Shown here: piece after piece, positions 21,028-30,900 of the stretch
Layout: each line of letters starts with the position of its first letter
Numbering within the stretch: position 1 is the stretch's first letter
Origin: an uncultured Planctomycetota bacterium
Lineage (GTDB): Bacteria; Planctomycetota; Planctomycetia; Gemmatales; Gemmataceae
Direction: 5' to 3'
NCBI GenBank assembly: GCA_963849325.1
Contig: CAWKHF010000012.1
Span: 224,001-288,000 of the forward strand
Length of the DNA: 64,000 nucleotides
Program-made: the position numbers and the translations under genes
The notes under the pieces: generated by a model
The model's input: only the letters and a program-made list of their open reading frames with translations
Databases searched by the model: none
Told to the model about the DNA's origin: nothing

Positions 21028-21399
21028 TTATGTCCCAGCATTCTTCTCAGCACGAAATTGCAGCCACCTAGATGCATCAACTTCATCTGCTTCAATAAAA
21101 GGTTCTCGGGGTTCAAAATGATCGAACGGGGAGGATGGCTCGCTTCGGCAGCATGGAACATCGCCGTTCTTGTAGCCAGTAGGTTTCTTTGATTGTAGAA
21201 ACGTACATCCCTCGCTCACGCTTAGATTCCATTCAAATAGCGCGTTGACCCACCACCAGCAATATCGCCTCGGGCATCCAGCCGGAGGAATCTGCGCGGC
21301 CAGAGCTAGGTCACTTTTTGTTAACCCCCGTTCAGCAAGGGAAAGACGGTGTTCGCTCATCGCATTCTCTCCATCTCGATCAAGATTTGCATTATTCAT
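21028..21399 (-). CDS. Putative immunity protein (Cys/Trp-rich)
   Basis: Low-GC 123-aa ORF starting 10 nt after the stop of a toxin-tip remnant. Confidence 0.55.
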   Translation of the reverse strand: MNNANLDRDGENAMSEHRLSLAERGLTKSDLALAAQIPPAGCPRRYCWWWVNALFEWNLSVSEGCTFLQSKKPTGYKNGDVPCCRSEPSSPFDHFEPREPFIEADEVDASRWLQFRAEKNAGT

Positions 21400-21409
21400 C
21401 GTTCAACCC

Positions 21410-21544
21410 TCATGGCAGTAAAGTAGACCCAGGAAAGACAATCTTTCCCCCGATAACACTACCGTCAGGATCGATCCAATAATGCCACTCGACCTGCCGG
21501 CCGGATTCGTCCAGGAATACCTCGAAGACCTTTTGAGTTCCTGG
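21410..21544 (-). pseudogene. C-terminal remnant of a further toxin tip
   Basis: Manual translation PGTQKVFEVFLDESGRQVEWHYWIDPDGSVIGGKIVFPGSTLLP*; open from the MITE edge with no start codon. Confidence 0.55.
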
Positions 21545-21546
21545 CC

Positions 21547-21767
21547 GAATGGCGCTGACTTAAGAAGCAAGTGCTTCTTAAATAAAGACTTAGGACTTTG
21601 ACCTTTCGGTAGGAACAGGTAGAGAACATTTGTTTACTTCTACTCTGCGCCCGATGAATTACGCCGCCCACGGAAGTCGCTGATTGGTTGGCTAGCCGCC
21701 AGAAAGCCGCCCAGGACAACGTAAGGACTGAAAAGGCTTATGTTTGCGCCTTAAGTCAGCGCCATTC
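21547..21767. mobile_element. 221-bp MITE with IS4-type ends
   Basis: Perfect 18-bp IRs gaatggcgctgacttaag / cttaagtcagcgccattc, related to the IS4 IRs at 12762 and 14268; no transposase. Confidence 0.85.
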
Positions 21768-21824
21768 AGTCCCGACCCCCTTTCCGACCCCCTTTCTTCT
21801 CCCCTTTTCTTCTCCGCCTGCTGG

Positions 21825-22214
21825 TCAGTCCTCTTCCCAGGCGATGTTAGCAGGTAAATGCCGCGTCCTGAAGAAATATCTAACGGCTTCACGAGCGGTA
21901 TCAAATGGGATGGCGTGCTGAATGGGGAACTCAGACCATTGGTCCATGAAATGGAAGACAACGGTTCCTTCTCCCGTTAGATCGCCAACGCTGGATAGGT
22001 ACGGCGGTTCGCCTGAACCAGAGACATAATTGAGCACGCTCAAATCCCGGCCAACTCCGATCGCAAGCGATCCACCATTCTCAGGAGCTTCGACGGAGAC
22101 AAGTACAGCTCGGTCGCCCTGGTATTTGGCGTGCAAGTCATCCAACAACGCATCAAGCTCGGATAGCGAGGATATTTCTTTCTCGCCATCCTCTGACCAT
22201 TGCACTTTCCACAT
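21825..22214 (-). CDS. Imm1-family immunity protein (second copy)
   Basis: MWKVQW...LAIGVG...PPYLSS...FHFMDQWSEFP..HAIPFDTAREAVRYFF....P..IAWEE, an Imm1/DddI-like pattern. Confidence 0.75.
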   Translation of the reverse strand: MWKVQWSEDGEKEISSLSELDALLDDLHAKYQGDRAVLVSVEAPENGGSLAIGVGRDLSVLNYVSGSGEPPYLSSVGDLTGEGTVVFHFMDQWSEFPIQHAIPFDTAREAVRYFFRTRHLPANIAWEED

Positions 22215-22245
22215 GGTCACTATAAAGGCAGTCATGAGACAGTTT

Positions 22246-22650
22246 CTAAAACTCCTCCCAAGCAACGGCAGGACTGCGGCCACCCGTTTCCATGAAATAA
22301 GCGATGATTTGGTTTATTCGCTCAGGCGAAAGGCCGTATCGTCTATCGATCGGTGTGGCCGTACCCCCAACCACAAACTCCATGTCGCCGGCATGCGACT
22401 TCACTCCGGTCGGGCTAACTGCCATCCTATATGGAGGGGTTCCGTCGCTAGGGGCGTACTGAACACAACCAATATCAACCCCCAACCCCACTGTCAGAGT
22501 GATACCGTTATCGCCAATCAATTCACACATGAAGGGCGACCTAGAACAGCGCAACTCATTCAGCAAACCAACGATCTGTAGGGGGTTGGTAAAGCTCTCA
22601 TCGTTTCGCGGGTTGTCACGATCTTCCAAGTCCTGAAATGTTACTTTCAT
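22246..22650 (-). CDS. Imm1-family immunity protein, cognate to the deaminase tip
   Basis: MKVTF...LTVGLG...PPY...EFVVGGTATPI..RY.L.......YFMETGGRSPAVAWEE; ATGA overlap with the toxin stop. Confidence 0.8.
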   Translation of the reverse strand: MKVTFQDLEDRDNPRNDESFTNPLQIVGLLNELRCSRSPFMCELIGDNGITLTVGLGVDIGCVQYAPSDGTPPYRMAVSPTGVKSHAGDMEFVVGGTATPIDRRYGLSPERINQIIAYFMETGGRSPAVAWEEF

Positions 22651-25600
22651 CGAGCATTCCCAATAAACAATATGGAGGAGCCATCCGGCAACACGACCGT
22701 CAATCTGCTGCCCGGAGGCAACATGTTTGCGAGATTCTGTTGACAAGGCAGACAAATCTTCGGGTTGTTGATGTGCAGCACGGCCTCTTGAATTCCTTGC
22801 TGCCGCATCAACGCCGAAGCGTGTCCTTCTACATGCGTGGAGGTTATAGCGTTGAATCCGGGGGAAGGCTTTGGCAAGGAAGCCGCTGGTCCCGCCCGTC
22901 CACTCAGCAGGGGCGTATCACCCGCCGCCGTTCGCAGGACGCCAGACGTTTTGCCGCCCGCTACGAATTCGGGCAGCGTTACTCCTTCTCCGCAGTTGTT
23001 GTGGACGAGGACTTGCCCAGTTCCAACGGCATAGCAATGCAGACCCTCCACCTGGAAATTGTACACCTCCTGTCGAACTTGCCGCACCGCCAACCTCGTG
23101 ACCGGCGCTTGCCGACCCGACTTGAGCAGCAGCACGTCTCCCACCTGCAGGTCACCCGCATCCACCCAGCGGCCAGGAACCTTCGCTCCGGCCGGCGTCT
23201 CGGGGACGTGTTCGGGACGTGGCCGCGACTCCAGCCCTTGCCCCTCGATGACCCAGAAGGGGTGTCCGGCTGTCGCCTCGATGATTTCGCCCGCTACGAG
23301 GAGCGCTACCGAATCTCCCTCGTGATCGAACCGATAGGTCTCGACAACTGAGCGGAGCTTCCACTTCTTGGCAACGAGATCGTAGGCCCACACCCGATCT
23401 GACACCCGGATGGTCTCGATCGATTTGAGGCCCTCCGCAGCGGAAATCAAGGTGCCAGCAGGGAAGCAATTGGGGAAGCACCCTGCTTGTCGGGCAGCGG
23501 GAGCGGCCGCTTGGCGACCACGGAGGAAATTACGGCCGCCCTTGATGGCGCCTGGCAACAGCATGGCAGCGATTTGCACGCCGCTCTCTCCCAGCATCTG
23601 ACGTTGTTGCGCGTCGGTCAAGCCCAAATGGCGGCCCGTCGCCAGGTCCTCTCCCGTCCAACCCGTATACGCCGCGCTCACCCCCGTGGCGTCGGCCAGG
23701 CCGCCCCCCAGCGATTGCAGCACCGTCTGACCCTGGTTGAAACCGCGATCCGCCGCGCTGGACAACGACGACACCGCCAGCATTCCCATGCCCACCGCGA
23801 ACAGCACCGGACCAACGCCAGGAACCAACAAGGCCACCGCACCCAGACCTACGCCCACACCAACCATCGCCACCGTCTTCCAACTGGGGAAGAAATCGAT
23901 GAACGTCTGCCAGCCGCTCTGCGGCGGCGGCGGATTGACCTGGGCGATGACCAGATCATCCAGCGAACGCGCCGCATCGGTATCGCGCTGCTGCTGGGCG
24001 CTTTGCACGTTGGTGTTGACCTGGTTCTGCACTTGATTGAGCAGGGCCGCCCGCTGCGTGTCGGCCAGGCTGATGCCCTGGGTCGTCTGATCGGCGTTCT
24101 TGGCCTGGGCATCGCTGACGGCGGCGTTGACGGTGGCGATGATGGCGACGGGTGCCGGCGCGACTTCGGCCTGCACTTGCCCAGCAGCGGCGTCGGCCGC
24201 CGCCTGGATGGCGGCATCGGCTGCCGACGCTTTCTGGACAACGCTGTCGTGAGAGACGGTGGCCACTTGGGTATCATGCGTCTGGGCGGCGTTGGCATCC
24301 TTGGTCTGCTGCGTCTTGCTGGGCTTGGGCGATCTGATCGTTGCCGCTCTTGACGGCGGCGTCCTGGTTGTGGGCCGCCTGGTCGTCGGCGGCGTCCACG
24401 GCTTTCTGGTCGGCAGCGGCGGCGGGGGCCTCGGTCTTTTCCCAGGCGTCGGCGGCGTCCTGATCGGCGTTGGCGTCGGTGACGGCGGCAGTGGCTTCAT
24501 CGTTGTCGTGAGCGGCCGCATCAACGGTGGCCGCGTGCTCATCCGCTTGCCAGGCGCTGTCCACCGCCGTCACGTCGTCGGCGGCGGCCTGCACTTCATC
24601 ATGGGCGTCGGCCACGGCGGCGTCGGCCTCGGTCTTGACGGCGACCTGAGCGTTGGCATCTTCGGCGTCGGACTCGGCGTCGTCGGCCTTGGCCTCGGCC
24701 ACCGTCTTGTCCGTCTCGGCGTTGTAGTCGGCCTCGGCATCAGCCACGTCCGCCGCGGCATCGCTGGCCGTGCCCTGGACCCAGGCGGCCATTTCCACGT
24801 CCAGCAGATGGGCGTAGCGTGTGCCGGTCTGCTCGGCCCAGCTATGCACGTCGCTGCCGGCGGCCGACAATACCGTGTCCACCTGGCTCTGCCACGCCGC
24901 CATCTCCGCGTTATCGCAGGCTTCGTTGTCCTGCCGGGCCGTGTCCAACGCCGTGCTGTCGGCCGTGGACGTATCCGCGTCCCACTGCTCGGCGGCGGCG
25001 GCATCCGCCAGTTGCTGCTGCTCCCAGGCGGCATCCACGGTATCGGTCCAGGCCACGCCGGAGGCGGCGTCGGCTTCGTCCTGGGTCACGTCGGCGGCGC
25101 TGACCGCATCATCCAGAGCCACGCCCGCCGCCGTCACCGCCGCGATGTACGGCGCGTAGGCCGCCGCGTTGGTCTGCTCCTCGGCGGAGGCCGCCGCCTC
25201 GTAGCTGTCCGTCCACGTCTGCTCGGCGTCGGCCAGGGCATCGTCGCATTGCTTCTGGGCGTCGGCGATGGTGTCGTCGCGCACCTGCGCCGCCGCGTCC
25301 ACGGTGTCGGCCAAATCCTGATCGGCGGCGGACAGGGCATCCGCCAGCGTCTGCTTGGCCGCGGTCATGCCGTCGTCATAGGTCAGTTCGTTATCAGCCT
25401 GTGTGTCGGCCAACGTCTGCCCGGCGTCGGCGGCACTGTCCAGGTACGCCTGCAGAGCTTGCGCCTTGGCCGTTTGCAGGTCGGCCAACGGCTGGGCCAG
25501 GGCCTTGGTGTAGCCGGCGTTGGCGTCGTTGACGGCGTTGTTATAGACTTGGCGGGCGTTGGCATAGGCATCGTACTTGGTCTTCTCGATGGCGTTGGTC

Positions 25601-27294
25601 GCGCTTTGCTGCACCATCTGAGCGGTGCCGTCGGCCGTGACCTGCGTAATGGAGGCATCGTCCCGGGCCAGCAGGTAGGTCTGCTGCGCCTGTCGCAACT
25701 CGTTGGTTACGGCCTGGGCGGCATTGGGATCGCCGCTCTTCTCGGCGTTGTTATAGTCGGTTTGATATTGGCCATTGACGAAGTTCCAGTAAGTGGCGGC
25801 GGCGGCCTGGACGGTCTTGTTGTAGGCCGCCAGGTCTTTATTGAGGGCGCTGACGTAGTTGGCCTGAGTCGATTGACGCGAGCTGGCGTACTGCTGGTCC
25901 ACCGGATTGGTGGTCTGGATGAACTGATTGGCGGCGGCCTGACGCGCTGCGGAGGCGGCCTGTTGAGCAGCTTGGTCGGCGGCATCGTAGGCGTTCTGGG
26001 CGGTGGTGAGGGCAGTGTCGCGGATGCCACTGGCATTCTGGATGGTGTTGTTGTAGTCGTTCTGGGCGTTGCTATTGGCCTGGTCGAAGTCGCTTTGCAG
26101 TTGGTTGGTCTGATCGTTGTAGGCGTTTTGGGCGTCGGAGATGGCGGTGTTGTAGTCGTCTTCGGCCTGGCCCTGGACGGTGTCGTAGGTGTCGTTGGCT
26201 TGTTGGGTGGCCTGGTCGCTGGCGGCCTGGGCGGTGGTGGCGGCATCGTCGTAGGCAGAGTCGGCGGCGTCCTCGGCGTTTTGTCGGTCTTGGGCCGACT
26301 GGTTGGTGGCGTCGCTGTAGGTCTGGTCGGCGGCGGCGATGGCTTGACCGTAAGCCGTTTGCGCAGCGGCGACGGTTTGGTCGTGGGTGGCTTGGTTGGC
26401 GGCGAGGGCGTTGTTGTAGTCCTGGTCAGCCTGGTCCTGAGCCGCCTGCTCGGTGGCCGCGTCGGTGGCGACGGTCTGGTTGTAGGTGGTATCGGCGGTG
26501 TCGTAGGCGTTTTGCAGGTTGGCCTGCACGGTGTTCATCTGGTCGTTGAGCGTGTTCTCCGCCTGCTGATTGGCGGCATCATCGGCGGTCTGGGCGTTCT
26601 GTGTGGCGGCCTGGACGTTGGGGTCTTGCGAGAAGTCGGGCACGGTGGTGGCGGCCTGGTCGTCGGGTCCGTTGGCGTAATCGGCCTCGGCGGCGTTGGC
26701 GGCCTGGTCGAAGGCGGCCTGGTTCTGATCGCCGCTGGTCTGGGCGGCGGCGTCGGCTTGCGTCTCGGTCGCCGTGGCGGCTGACTCGGCGTCGGCGTCG
26801 GTCTGGGCGAGCTGCTGCTGCGCTTGCTGGTCCGCTTGCTGATTGGCCTGGTCAGCGTTGTCGAGGACGTTCTGCAAGGTCTGTTGATCGGCGGCATCGC
26901 GGCTGGTGTTGGCGGCGTCGGCGGCGGTGCTGCTGTCGTCGAGGGCTTGTTGCAGGGTGCTGGTCTGGTCGCTCAGTTGTTGATCGTCGGTCTGGGTGCG
27001 ATTCTGGTAGGCGGTGTCGGCGGTGTTGGTGCTGGCCTCGTCGGTGGCGTCGGCGGCGGCCTTGACGGTGTTATAGGTATCGTTGGCCGTGTCCACGCTG
27101 GTGTTGTACTGCTGGTCGGAGGCGTCGGCGGCGGTGTTGTACTGAGCGACGGCGGCTTGGGTGTCGGTGGCGAGCTGAGTGGCGTCGTCCTGGGTGGCTT
27201 GGTTGTAGGCGTCGTCGGCGGCTTGCGTGGCGGCGTCGGCGGCGGTGTTGTCGTTGGCCAGCGTTTGCGTGAAGTTCTGGGCAGGCTGAGGCAT
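22647..27294 (-). CDS. Orphan toxin module: long stalk copy + TM + Hint (22998-23468) + SCP1.201/DddA-like deaminase (22647-22997); frameshift near 24320
   Basis: Duplicate of the carrier from ~32173. Hint CFPAGT...TAGHPFWV...VYNFQV...VHN; deaminase HVEGH...INNP.IC.PC...MLPPG..LTVV.P.G...F.GN. Confidence 0.88.
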
Positions 27295-27311
27295 TAGCGG
27301 GCTATGAGCAT

Positions 27312-27926
27312 CTACCATCCTGTAAGGAGCTGCCCTTCCAGGATTTCGTAACCTTCCGCAATCACCTCGATGTAGCTGTCATGCCCAAGAATCAAATAAT
27401 GCCTCCACTTCCGATATCTGTCCTGCGCCGCTCCCGTTTCATCGAGCCAAGGGGACAATTCAACCTCATAAATCGACGGATCAGGACAGATGCCCGATTG
27501 TTGCCAGGAGTCACGAGTTTGCTGCAAATGCTTGAGTATGTCCTCTCCAGGTGTCCAACTTCCGGTGACTTGCGACCAATCAAACAGGGATTCATCGATG
27601 ACTTCCTTATCCGAATGAGAAGGGCACATTCTCGACCATATACCACTCTTGAAAACGAACCGCAGAAGGCGATACGGCCCCTTCTGGCTGGAATTCGCCA
27701 GTTGGAAGGTACTTGGCGGTTGAACAACTAGAACGCCTGATGACGAAGATACCGATACATCCTCACAGTGGTAATATGCGACAAAATCCACATGGGTTTC
27801 ACCTTGCGAGGAACATTCGGTTGCCACGAGGCGAAGAAACGGCGTTGATGGTGATACCATCCAGGGCACCTGTATCGGCATCAGGATTGGTTTTTGCACT
27901 CTTGTACTTGGCATGGTGTTCCTCAT
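27312..27926 (-). CDS. Putative immunity protein for the primary toxin tip
   Basis: Low-GC 204-aa ORF with TAATG overlap on the carrier stop. Confidence 0.7.
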   Translation of the reverse strand: MRNTMPSTRVQKPILMPIQVPWMVSPSTPFLRLVATECSSQGETHVDFVAYYHCEDVSVSSSSGVLVVQPPSTFQLANSSQKGPYRLLRFVFKSGIWSRMCPSHSDKEVIDESLFDWSQVTGSWTPGEDILKHLQQTRDSWQQSGICPDPSIYEVELSPWLDETGAAQDRYRKWRHYLILGHDSYIEVIAEGYEILEGQLLTGW

Positions 27927-30900
27927 TAGGGAAGTTCAATCACTCGCAGCACAGTAAGGTCCGTCTGGCTTGGCGTCACCGGCACCCGCGGTCCTGGCAG
28001 CGGGGCATCCGGGATGATAGGCGGTTCTTTCAGTCGTGCAAGCAAACGCCGCGTCGAGTCGATAATTTTGATGTTTGTCGGCTTCATCCCTGCCTCGCTG
28101 AGTGCTGCCAGTGAACGAGTGTTGGCCGACACGAGGGCCCATCAGCCATCTTGAAAGCTTCAATTGGCAACTGATCCGGCGTCATTTTTCCCGCACGCAA
28201 GTCAGCAGCCACATCACTAATTAGTCTCCCAGCAAGTTCTGGCGGCCGGCCTTTCGTACCAAATGTTGGCCCAACACGTTTCTGCCCGAACAACGGCCCT
28301 GCCGCTGACTGGGAAGCAGGCGGCACCACTGGCGCCGGCGTGACCGGAGCCGGCTTTGGACCACCCGGTGCGGCAGGGGGCGGAGCGGGCGGCTTGGGCG
28401 CGGCAGGCTGGCGGCCGCGGAGGAAATTGCGCCCACCCTTGACAGCGACGGGCAAAAGCAGGGCCGCCACCTGCAGGCCCGTCTCTCCCAGCATCTGACG
28501 TTGCTGGGCGGGCGTCAAGCCCAGATGACGACCCGTCGCCAAGTCCTCTCCCGTCCAACCCGTGTACGCCCGCTCACCCCCGTCGCGTCGGCCAGGCCGC
28601 CCCCAAGCGATTGCAACACCGACTGACCCTGGTTGAAACCGCGATCCGCCGCGCTGGACAACGCCGACACCGCCAGCATCCCCATGCCAATGGCAAACAG
28701 CACCGGACCGGCGCCCGGAATCAACAACGCCACCGCACCCAGACCCACGCCCGCACCAACCATCGCCACCGTCTTCCAACTGGGGAAGAAATCGATGAAC
28801 GTCTGCCAGCCGCTCTGCGGCGGCGGCGGATTGACCTGGGCGATGACCAGATCATCCAGCGAACGCGCCGCATCGATGTCGCGGCCTTGTTGGGCACTTT
28901 GCACGTTGGCGTTGACCTGGTTCTGCACTTGATTGAGCAGGGCCGCCCGCTGCGTGTCGGCCAGGCTGATGCTCTGGGTCGTCTGGTCGGCGTTCTTGGC
29001 CTGGGCATCGCTGACGGCGGCGTTGACGGCGCCGATGATGGCGGCGGGTGCCGGCGCGACTTCGGCCTGCACTTGCCCAGCAGCGGCGTCGGCCGCCGCC
29101 TGGATGGCGGCATCGGCCGCCGACGCTTTCTGGACGACGCTGTCGTGAGAGACGGTGGCCACCTGGGTATCATGCGTCTGGGCGGCGCTGGTATCCTTGT
29201 CTTGCTGCCTTTTTGGTCCTGAGCGAGTTGGTCACTGCCGCTCTTGACGGCGGCGTCCTGGTCGTGGGCCGCTTGATCGTCAGCGGCGTCCACGGCTTTC
29301 TGATCGGACGCGGCAGCGGGGGCCTCGGTCTTCTCCCATGTGTTGGCGGCGTCCTGATCGGCGTTAGCGTCGGCGACAGCGGCAGCGGCTTCATCGTTAT
29401 CGTGAGCGGCGGCATCGAGCGTGGCCGCGTGCTCGTCCGCTTGCCAAGCCGTATCCACGGCCGTTACCTCATCGGCGGCCGCCTGCACCTCGTCATGCGT
29501 ATCGGCCACTGCGGCCTCTGCCTCCGTTTTGACGGCCGCTTGAGCGTTGCTGGCCTCGGCGTTGCTCTCGGCATCCTCGGCCTTGGCCTCGGCTACGGTC
29601 TTGTCTGTCTCGGCGTTGAAGTCGGCGTCCGTATCCGCGACGTCGGCCGCGGCGTCGGACTCGGTGCCCTGGACCCAGGCAGCCATTTCCACGTCCAGCA
29701 AGTGGGCGTAGCGAGTCCCCGATTGCTCGGCCCAATTATGCAGGGCATCGCTCTGGACAGACAACACCGCATCCACTTGCTGCTGCCATGCCGCCATCTC
29801 CGTATTATTGCAGTCCTCGACAGCCGTACGGGCCGCATCGAGAGCGACGCTGTCGGCCGTGGCCGTATCCGCGTCCCACTGCTCGGCGGCGGCCGCATCC
29901 GCGAGTTGCTGGGTCTCCCAGGCGGCATCCACCGCATCCGTCCAGGCCACGCCGGAGGCGGCGTCGGCTTCGTCCTGGGCCACGTCGGCGGCGGTGACGG
30001 AGTCGTCCAACGTCACACCCGCCGCCGTCACCGCCGCGATGTACGGCGCATACGCCGCCGCGTTGGTCTGCTCCTCGGCGGAGGCCGCCGCCTCGTAGCT
30101 GTCCGTCCACGTCTGCTCGGCGTCGGCCAGGGCATCGTCGCATTGCTTCTGGGCGTCGGCGATGGTGTCGTCGCGCACCTGCGCCGCCGCGTCCACGGTG
30201 TCGGCCAACGCCTGATCGGCAGCGGACAGGGCATCGGCCAGCGTCTGCTTGGCCGCGGTCATGCCGTCGTCATAGGTCAATTCGTTATCAGCCTGTGTGT
30301 CGGCCAACGTCTGCCCGGCGTCGGCGGCCGTGTCCAGGTACGCCTGCAGAGCTTGCGCCTTGGCCGTTTGCAGGTCGGCCAGCGGCTGGGCCAGCGCCTT
30401 GGTGTAGCCGGCGTTGGCGTCGTTGACGGCGTTGTTATAGGTTTGGCGAGCGTTGGCGTAGGCATCGTACTTGGTCTTCTCGATGGCGTTGGTCGCGGTC
30501 TGCTGCACCATCTGGGCGGCGCCGTCGGCGGTGACCTGCTTGATGTAGGCGTCGTCTCGGGCCAGCAGGTAGGTCTGCTGCGCCTGCCGCAGCTCCTTGG
30601 TCACGGCCAGACCGGCATTGGGATCGTTGCTCTGCTCGGCGTTGTTATAGTCGGTCTGATATTGGCCATCGGCGAAGTTCCAGTATGTGGCCGCGGCTGC
30701 CTTGACGGCCGTGTTGTAGTTCGCCAGGTCTTTGTTGAGGGCACTGACGTAATCGGCCTGGGTGGACTGACGGGCTTTGGCGTATTGCGCGTCCACCGGG
30801 TTGGTGGTCTGGATGAACTGCTGGGTGGCGGCTTGCCGCGCCGCCGAGGCGGCCTGCTGAGCGGCCTGGTCGGCGGCGTCGTAGATGCCCTGGGCCTTGG

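Noticed and set aside
17362-23468. Hint domains as selfish inteins with homing endonucleases
   Set aside because: They are short (~140-155 aa), lack an endonuclease and sit directly before toxin tips, consistent with pre-toxin Hint autoproteases.
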